IMG/VR virus record: IMGVR_UViG_3300030098_004828
Span: 181,647 to 245,646 of that record
Reading direction: 5' to 3' (one strand)
DNA: 64,000 nt
The notes beneath the pieces were generated by a model. The model ran no database searches. It was not told the origin of the DNA and saw nothing but the letters and a program-made list of their open reading frames with translations. Every line of letters begins with the position of its first letter. The first letter of the stretch is position 1. Of the stretch, positions 57,541 through 64,000 are shown one piece after another. The position numbers and the translations under genes were made by a program.

Positions 57541-58783
57541 CTAAAGCTTCTAAATCTTCAATTCTATCAGGTAATTCATCTTTCATTTTTGCTTTAAGTT
57601 CCGGTTTTAATTGGATACTCTCAGGACTGATGCTAAAATTATTTTTACCATCAATACCATATTGAGAAGATAATACATCATCATACATTCTTCTAGAAAT
57701 TTCTTTCCAAGCGTATTCAGTTAATGCATCATCTTTAATTAATGCTTCAATCATGTAATTATAACTATGACACCAATTCCAACCATTCATATCAATATAG
57801 TTTTGAAACTTTTTCCTCACGGATTTAAAGTTAACACTATTCCATATACCAGCATCTTTCATAGAGTCACTCATAAATGCAAATAATAAAGCTAAGTATG
57901 TATGAGATTCTTTAATATTACAATTAGCAATCATTGCTAATGCTAAATTCATATTCTCTTTATCTCTATTACCTTCCCAACCACAACCACTTTCAGTTTT
58001 ATGCCAACCAAGCATAGTTTTAAGTTGTACATACATTTCTTTAGTTAATATTTCAGAATCTTCTGTAGCAAGATCATTAATATTAGTATCCCAAACAAGT
58101 TTAGAAAGATTAGTTTGTATATTATTCCACTGATCTAATGATTCAATGTAATAATGATAACAACTACTATCTCCCATATTTCTTGCTTTTTCTGTCATTT
58201 TAGAATATCTATCAATATTGCTAACATTATCATAAGAATATGAACTAAACCATTCTGATTCAAGTACAACATAAGCATCTTCAGGTATCTTATTTAACAT
58301 TTCTACAATTTCTTCATAAAGATCTTCTTCCATACAATCATTGTAAATTTGTGCCCAAGAACCTACATCTACAGGATCTACTGATGACAACCATTTAGTA
58401 GTAAATAATCCATCAAAATACTTTTCAGATACAATACCATAATCTGCTTGATCAAAATCTCTTTTCAATTTAAGATCAAACTTTTCTTGTAGTATTTTTA
58501 CTTTATCTCTTGATAAACTAAGTCTAGGAAATCTATACAATGAATTAGCATTTTTAAGATCATCAGATGTAATACTTCCAATATTTTTCATAATATTTTT
58601 AATAACTTCTCTATCATTTGATGCCATATGAGAACGTCCATAACCACTATTACTAGCTGATTCTATAAAATGACCCAATTGTTTTACTTTAACGCTGCCA
58701 TTTTGCATCATTAAAGTATTATTTACTTTTTCTAATTTATTTGGGTCAATATCAATTAACCATAATTGTTTTAAATCTTTCAT
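57503..58783 (-). CDS. Hypothetical protein, paralog of 58780, with a BRCT-like N-part
   Basis: YRFPRLSLSRDKVK..LKRDFDQADYGIV aligns with 58780. Confidence 0.55.
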   Translation of the reverse strand: MKDLKQLWLIDIDPNKLEKVNNTLMMQNGSVKVKQLGHFIESASNSGYGRSHMASNDREVIKNIMKNIGSITSDDLKNANSLYRFPRLSLSRDKVKILQEKFDLKLKRDFDQADYGIVSEKYFDGLFTTKWLSSVDPVDVGSWAQIYNDCMEEDLYEEIVEMLNKIPEDAYVVLESEWFSSYSYDNVSNIDRYSKMTEKARNMGDSSCYHYYIESLDQWNNIQTNLSKLVWDTNINDLATEDSEILTKEMYVQLKTMLGWHKTESGCGWEGNRDKENMNLALAMIANCNIKESHTYLALLFAFMSDSMKDAGIWNSVNFKSVRKKFQNYIDMNGWNWCHSYNYMIEALIKDDALTEYAWKEISRRMYDDVLSSQYGIDGKNNFSISPESIQLKPELKAKMKDELPDRIEDLEALVDEYIESHDYAR

Positions 58784-59838
58784 TTTTTAACTTTTAAATA
58801 TTTTCTATATTCCTCTTTAACTTGTACTTTAAAGGTGTATAGTTCTCTATTATTAATACTAATTTCTTTACGAACAATAGGTTCAAGATACCTAAATGAT
58901 TCTGAATCAAGACAATCTTCTTCTTCAAGATACTTAATCATTTCTTCAGCAGTCTTATGGTTAAATGAATTAAAGTCAGATTTTTGCATCCAATAATTTA
59001 AATCTTTATCTCTATTAAATCTATACATATAACCACTAACTTCATGTGCTAATTGCCATATAAGATGCTTTTTCTTTCTATAGTCAATAGCAGGCATCAT
59101 CTTTTTAACCATTTCATTTTCTTCAGCACCACCACTCTTAATCATTCTAACAAGATCATCCATTAGTTGTTCATCAATAACCGTTTTATTTGCTGACTCA
59201 TTCAAACATGTTTCAGCATATATAACAGGTATTTGTTCATGTCTAATACGATATGCAATCTGAATAGCTAATGGTGTAAATACATATTTTTCATATAAAT
59301 CAGCATCATAATCCAAACTATTTCTACTATATGTCTCAGCCATTTTACTATCAAATACAATTTGAATATTAGGATCAACATTTGGTTCATCTTGTTTATC
59401 TGCTAAATTCAAACTTGCACTAATATCCATAGCTTCATAGTTATGTACTTTAAATAACATACTATTAGTTCTAATTGACTCACCATCAGTATGATATTGA
59501 CCATAATTATCATGAGTTACAAAGAAATCAGCTGCATTCCAATCATTTGTTACAGTAATCTTATGCTCTCTTAATGCTTCCTTTAGTCTAGGTAATGATA
59601 CTGGGCATCCAGGAAACACAAAAGCTTTTTTATATTGAGTTAGATCTACTATATCTATCTCATCATTAAAATATCTTTGAAATACTTTGTAAGTGTTATT
59701 TAAGTCACAAAATACGGCTTGACCCATATCAAAACTTTGTCTAGATAAAGCAACCTGATATACAGGCTGCCCATCTAAACCAAAGTCTTCTAATTGTTCC
59801 TTAATAGCACCCAAAGTACAATTATAAACTTTTGCCAT
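58780..59838 (-). CDS. Hypothetical protein, paralog of 57503, with a BRCT-like N-part
   Basis: FVFPGCPVSLPRLK..VTNDWNAADFFV. Confidence 0.55.
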   Translation of the reverse strand: MAKVYNCTLGAIKEQLEDFGLDGQPVYQVALSRQSFDMGQAVFCDLNNTYKVFQRYFNDEIDIVDLTQYKKAFVFPGCPVSLPRLKEALREHKITVTNDWNAADFFVTHDNYGQYHTDGESIRTNSMLFKVHNYEAMDISASLNLADKQDEPNVDPNIQIVFDSKMAETYSRNSLDYDADLYEKYVFTPLAIQIAYRIRHEQIPVIYAETCLNESANKTVIDEQLMDDLVRMIKSGGAEENEMVKKMMPAIDYRKKKHLIWQLAHEVSGYMYRFNRDKDLNYWMQKSDFNSFNHKTAEEMIKYLEEEDCLDSESFRYLEPIVRKEISINNRELYTFKVQVKEEYRKYLKVKK

Positions 59839-59839
59839 C

Positions 59840-60998
59840 TTATTTCATTGTCATTTTGATGATTTCTGGATTCATCATCATCTTGTTAAACTTAGTTTTA
59901 TTACCGTTGAAAATAGTTCTAACAATAAGATATTTCAGATCATTAGCAAATACATCTTTAGTACATAATGCTATCAATCTTTCATTTATCTTTGGTGTTA
60001 CAGTATTTTCATTAGCATAAACAACTGAATAGTTAGCTAACCTTGTTGCAAGAGTAGATGCAATATCTGCTCTATATGTGTCACCTTTTCCTAGAACACT
60101 ATTTAATNNNNNNNNNNGAACCTTCACCAATCATTTGGATCATACTCAAGTCATCTTCAAACTTTTCAAAACTTGAAATAGAATTGAAGAATGCTGTGAT
60201 GGATCTTGCATTTGTTTCTTTATTTACTAACTCAGGATGCAGTAATAAGAAGTTAATACAACGAGTGTCAATATGCTGTTCTTCAGCCCATCTTGCCCAT
60301 ACGTTTGCATCAAACTTTAGGTTAGCAGTAATATATCTAGTCTTTTGTGCTGAGTCAATACTATTAACCATATAGTCACCATTATCTGGATTACTGGTTA
60401 GTATAATATGCCAATCAGCCGGTAAAGACCAAGATATATATTGTTGTCTGTCAACCAATTCCATTACAGCTTGAATAAATCTAACATCTGCTCTGTTCCA
60501 GTCGTCAAGAAGAAGTATACCTCCTTTCTTTTTATCAGCAATCCATTCTGGTGCACAATAAGACATTCTATTCTTACCGGTCATCTTCCATCCTTTTCTT
60601 AAATACTCTTCAACTGCAAGTTCATCAACCCATTGACCAATCTTCTTAGTCATAGTAGAGTCTGCAACTTGTGCAGATGCTGCAGCTTTCTGAGCTACTG
60701 TATATTGAAGGTCATCAATCTTCTTAGGGACTTGTTTTTCTCTAAACATTTGAAATTGTCTAACAGGAAAACCTACTAAATCACCTAATTCTTCTATCTG
60801 AGCTAAATTAAGCTTAACAAAATCTAATTCATTTTCTTTAGCTAGATCTAGTACAGCAGATGTTTTACCAATACCTGATTCACCAACTACTTCTACAGCA
60901 ACTGGATTTTTCCCTTGCTCTTGTAAGAATCTATTATTCTTTATTATATGGTTTACAAAACCGTTTAATTCATCTATATTTAAATTTACTTGTGCCAT
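59840..60998 (-). CDS. MoxR-like AAA+ ATPase, interrupted by a scaffold gap
   Basis: Walker A GESGIGKT, Walker B LLLDDWNR, ILTSNP, DSAQKTR. The two track ORFs (60099-60998 and 59840-60130) flank the N run. Confidence 0.85.
60108..60117. other. Assembly gap (10 N)
   Basis: Seen directly; true length unknown. Confidence 0.99.
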
Positions 60999-60999
60999 T

Positions 61000-62169
61000 T
61001 TATTGTGCGTTTAATTGTATTGTTTTTCCTGGTAAATGATCAGTCCATTGAGAATCTGCACTAAGAACCCATAATGTGTTCTTTGGACAGTCTTCTGGAG
61101 CTGGTGCTTCACCATCTGTTAAATATATAAGGGCAGTATATCTACCTTTTCTTTCATTGAAATGGTCAATAACCGGTTGGAAGCATGTGCCTCCTCTACC
61201 TTTTATTTGCCAATCCTTTCTACTATTAAAAGGGGATATATCACTAATACCTGTGTCACATTGTGCTACAGTTATTTGATGTCCCGTTTTCTGAACATGA
61301 ACCATCTCACTCATGAAATGTTCTAGTTCCTTCGTGTTAACAGATCCTGAAGTATCAACACCAATCAATATATGATTCTTGTGTTTTATCTTAAGACCTG
61401 GATTATCTGTATATCTTTTGTTGAATTTTCTTCTCAACTTCTTTGTGAAAGTAAACACGGAATTACCCACAAATCTTTTTAAATAACCTTTCCAATCAAA
61501 TGATGGAGGTAGCACTGTTCTTAACCTTTTAATTAGTTCGGCTAATTCACCTGGAATAGTTCCTCTTCTTTTTTCAGTTTGTTCTGCAGTTTCTTTAAGC
61601 TGATGCTCAATTTGTCTTTGAACTAGCTTCTTTTCTGCTTCTGCAAGTTCTTCAAACTCTTCCCATGTCTTATGATCATACTGACTGTCACCATCCATCT
61701 GATCTAATATAGATTGCAGTGACTGACAAGGATTATCCTTGCATTCTTGTTCCAATAAGTCATAATATTTTTTAGTACCGGCTTTTCTTGGTAGTTTTAG
61801 TTCAGCAAAACTATCTAAAGTTAAACCACCTTCAGGAAGCATGTTTTTATCTATATACTGATTGATCTCAAGATCTGCAGCAATATTAAACAACTTCTTG
61901 TTAGGATAAGAGTCTCTCATCATAAGATGCCCAAATGAAACATGTAATAGTTCATGTTTAAGTAAACCTATCTGGTGTTCATCTGATAATCCCATAAAGA
62001 AATCCGGGTTAATAGATAATTGTATACCTATACCATTTTTACTGACACCCGCTGTTGGGACGTCTTTTCTTATTTTCTTGTTAAGTCCAATTAAAAAGAG
62101 CCCATAAAAGGGCTCTCTTAATATTAGTGACTTACAAGCTCTTGCTAGTTTATCCTGTATGTCCATCAT
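61000..62169 (-). CDS. DUF2201-type metallopeptidase-like domain plus VWA domain protein
   Basis: LLKHELLH (HExxH), NIAADLEINQ, MIDAS GVDTSGS, GRGGT.F.P, IYLTDG. Confidence 0.88.
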   Translation of the reverse strand: MMDIQDKLARACKSLILREPFYGLFLIGLNKKIRKDVPTAGVSKNGIGIQLSINPDFFMGLSDEHQIGLLKHELLHVSFGHLMMRDSYPNKKLFNIAADLEINQYIDKNMLPEGGLTLDSFAELKLPRKAGTKKYYDLLEQECKDNPCQSLQSILDQMDGDSQYDHKTWEEFEELAEAEKKLVQRQIEHQLKETAEQTEKRRGTIPGELAELIKRLRTVLPPSFDWKGYLKRFVGNSVFTFTKKLRRKFNKRYTDNPGLKIKHKNHILIGVDTSGSVNTKELEHFMSEMVHVQKTGHQITVAQCDTGISDISPFNSRKDWQIKGRGGTCFQPVIDHFNERKGRYTALIYLTDGEAPAPEDCPKNTLWVLSADSQWTDHLPGKTIQLNAQ

Positions 62170-62335
62170 TTATTATTCCATCATTAATTAATTGTTGTGC
62201 TGTTCTTCCGAACCAACCTTGTAATTTATATGCTAATCCAGTATCATGAAGATACTGCCAAGCTTCTATTATTTGTTCTTCTGATTCAGCTTCAATAAAA
62301 CCTTCAGCTAAACCTGTTGCTGTAAAACTATCCAT
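62150..62335 (-). CDS. Small conserved phage protein (WQ.L.DTG..LQG.FGRTA)
   Basis: Motif recurrent in phage small proteins. Confidence 0.7.
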   Translation of the reverse strand: MDSFTATGLAEGFIEAESEEQIIEAWQYLHDTGLAYKLQGWFGRTAQQLINDGIINDGHTG

Positions 62336-62738
62336 CTATATTATTTTCTAGTATTCTATTAACTGCATTATCAACTGGTTTCTTATGATCCCAATCAAGT
62401 TCAATCTTAACATCTTTAATAAATGACCAAGTATTTTTAAAAACAGGAAGCATTTGTTGATGCACTTCAAATTCTACAATTTCTTGTTCAGTTATTATAC
62501 CTAAAGTATTGTCAAGATCTTTAAACATTTCTTTCCATTCTTTAATAGCATAGTAATTTATTTCAAACTTTTCACAAAAAGCCTGTCTTTTACCAAACAT
62601 TAAAGATTTAGCAAATAACATTTTTGTAATAGATGTTATTTCTTTCATATTTTTTATATTCTCACAAGCCACTTCATAATCTTCATCAGATCCGTGGAGG
62701 AGTTCTCTTAATTTTTTATATTCTTCTAAACTAATCAT
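62328..62738 (-). CDS. Hypothetical protein (136 aa)
   Basis: ORF track; overlapping start and stop with its neighbours. Confidence 0.65.
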   Translation of the reverse strand: MISLEEYKKLRELLHGSDEDYEVACENIKNMKEITSITKMLFAKSLMFGKRQAFCEKFEINYYAIKEWKEMFKDLDNTLGIITEQEIVEFEVHQQMLPVFKNTWSFIKDVKIELDWDHKKPVDNAVNRILENNIDG

Positions 62739-63078
62739 TAATTTTCATTGTTTTAATCATCCACAAGGGTAGTTTTTTCTTGTGCATGTTGTCCAACCAT
62801 TCTTTGGCAGAAGGAATGTAGTTATTACAATCTTCTCTTACATGCTGCTCTGCAACATATCTTGTATAAACAGGTTTACCATCTGAATTTGTAAATACTG
62901 GCCCGAATTTTCTTTCACATTCAAATATACCTTCACTGTGATGACGAAACATTCTGTGTAGGTGATTGCCCACCCAACTTTTTGTTGCATCTAACCAATT
63001 ATGTATATGTATGTAGTCATCAGGACATCCACCAAACTTCTTTACAGAAGACTTGGCATGAATATTTGGATGTGCCAT
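62731..63078 (-). CDS. DUF6915-family protein
   Basis: MAHP..HAKSSVKKFGG..DY..IH.W.D..HR..RHHSEG..AEQHV.ED. Confidence 0.75.
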   Translation of the reverse strand: MAHPNIHAKSSVKKFGGCPDDYIHIHNWLDATKSWVGNHLHRMFRHHSEGIFECERKFGPVFTNSDGKPVYTRYVAEQHVREDCNNYIPSAKEWLDNMHKKKLPLWMIKTMKIND

Positions 63079-63455
63079 TAAAAGAAATGTTGTTTATTAT
63101 CAGTACTGAATTCTATATCATCATAATAATGATCTTCTGAAATACGTTGTGTGTGATTAATACTAACTTTCCATGGATTTTTTGTACAATCAATTATCAT
63201 TTGACCATATCCTCCATCATTGTTAATCCAATCCCACTCTATGTGGTGACTTAATGTATCATAGAGTAAGTCATCCCACTCTGCTTCTACTTCACCATCT
63301 AATTTAACATAAATTTTTTTTTCATTAATATCTTCAAATCTGACTTCATCTATACATCCGTCATCACCACCACCACTATAATCTACTTCTATTTTTGCTA
63401 TATTGTGATCTTTAATCACTTGAACTGCTAGGTTTCTTTTTAGTTTTGTTTCCAT
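63078..63455 (-). CDS. DUF6878-family protein
   Basis: IEVDYSGGGDDG..DWINNDGGYG; adjacent to DUF6915. Confidence 0.7.
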   Translation of the reverse strand: METKLKRNLAVQVIKDHNIAKIEVDYSGGGDDGCIDEVRFEDINEKKIYVKLDGEVEAEWDDLLYDTLSHHIEWDWINNDGGYGQMIIDCTKNPWKVSINHTQRISEDHYYDDIEFSTDNKQHFF

Positions 63456-63819
63456 TTTTAATTAACTTAATTTCTACGCCTGGATTTTCCTTATCATATT
63501 CATAAGGTTCAAATACGGGTAGAATGTTTTCACAATTATCATCATCAATCCAATGATGTTTAACCATATCATCTTGCACTGTCTGTGCAGGATTTATATA
63601 ATCAAACTTATGTTTAGTACCTCTGATGAACTTAAATGATATCTTAACAGGTAACTCAAGTTTAGCTAATTGCTTTCTAAACCCTTTTCTATACATGTCA
63701 TAGTATTTGGCTGTTGCTTTTCTATATTTAGTTGTTGCTTTGCTGGACACGAAATATCTGCCTGTCCATCTACGTCCATTTTTACTACTTGGTACGTTAC
63801 CTGGTATAAACCATTTCAT
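63412..63819 (-). CDS. rusA: RusA-like Holliday junction resolvase
   Basis: IPGNVPSSKN..DYINPAQTVQDDM..IDDDN..PGVEI. Confidence 0.7.
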   Translation of the reverse strand: MKWFIPGNVPSSKNGRRWTGRYFVSSKATTKYRKATAKYYDMYRKGFRKQLAKLELPVKISFKFIRGTKHKFDYINPAQTVQDDMVKHHWIDDDNCENILPVFEPYEYDKENPGVEIKLIKNGNKTKKKPSSSSD

Positions 63820-64000
63820 AAAACACTTTTAAGTTTAACTTTTATTTCTTTATGAGCATCAGCAAAGCCTTTCTCTTTTACAAGATCAGCAATGTCTTTG
63901 CTACTATCTAACCATGTGCCCTTTATGTCATATAACTGTTCATATTTATTAACAGCATTATGTCCAGCAACATCATTATCAAATAAAGTTACAACTTTTT
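63816..64000 (-). CDS. DNA primase, Toprim C-terminal end (5'-truncated)
   Basis: Hand translation KVVTLFDNDVAGHNA..SKDIADLV; the TGA overlaps the rusA-like ATG (ATGA). Confidence 0.8.
   Translation of the reverse strand, partial: KVVTLFDNDVAGHNAVNKYEQLYDIKGTWLDSSKDIADLVKEKGFADAHKEIKVKLKSVL

Noticed and set aside
59840-60998. Frameshift or pseudogene in the AAA ATPase
   Set aside because: The break coincides with the 10-N scaffold gap. Both flanks are intact coding sequence, so this is an assembly artefact.
53346-63855. + strand track ORFs in the replication arm (53346, 56972, 59832, 60058, 61076, 63670)
   Set aside because: Antisense shadows of - strand genes.
1-64000. Stop-codon reassignment, as in some crAss-like phages
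   Set aside because: Genes are full length and tightly packed under code 11. TAG ends 1883-4255, 46613-47257, 49096-49497 and 50476-50796, and TGA ends 44386-44637. No suppressor tRNA seen.
1-64000. Prophage or host chromosomal flank
   Set aside because: No integrase, att site or housekeeping operon. The host-like T9SS and barrel genes are embedded among phage late genes.

Overview
The whole window is about 64 kb of one AT-rich (roughly 30% GC by eye) lytic-type phage genome. It resembles crAss-like phages (Crassvirales) or a close relative, and the host is almost certainly Bacteroidota, probably aquatic Flavobacteria. Host evidence: a T9SS C-terminal domain, signal peptides followed by Gln at +1, TAnnTTTG promoters and A-rich leaders without Shine-Dalgarno sites. 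The + strand (1-50463) is a late/virion arm. It carries the tail stabilization/muzzle-like gene end, putative head-cargo genes, a 5459-aa virion RNA polymerase (DFDID, zincin HEAFH, C-terminal ASCH) and a 1984-aa ejection protein (degenerate zincin, PD-(D/E)XK nuclease with an inserted LysM). An inverted class II RNR island follows. Next comes an accessory block with a LamG protein, a T9SS cargo protein, a lipoprotein, an outer-membrane beta-barrel, a holin and many small basic proteins. The - strand (50476-64000) is a replication arm: DUF1599-like, dUTPase, SplB-like radical SAM, DUF932, PolB, PD-(D/E)XK nuclease, MoxR-like AAA plus VWA/metallopeptidase, DUF6915/DUF6878, RusA-like and the end of a primase. 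Two candidate undescribed systems stand out. (1) Otherwise unrelated late proteins share a phi-[K/R/Q]-x-G-G motif at domain boundaries, and six small proteins end in GG plus one of two conserved C-terminal tags, which suggests a modular virion-cargo tagging and cleavage code. (2) A phage-encoded host-surface module (T9SS cargo, lipoprotein, beta-barrel). No tRNA, CRISPR array, integrase, intein or stop-codon recoding was seen. There is a 10-N scaffold gap at 60108-60117. All family assignments come from motif recognition by eye, not database searches.
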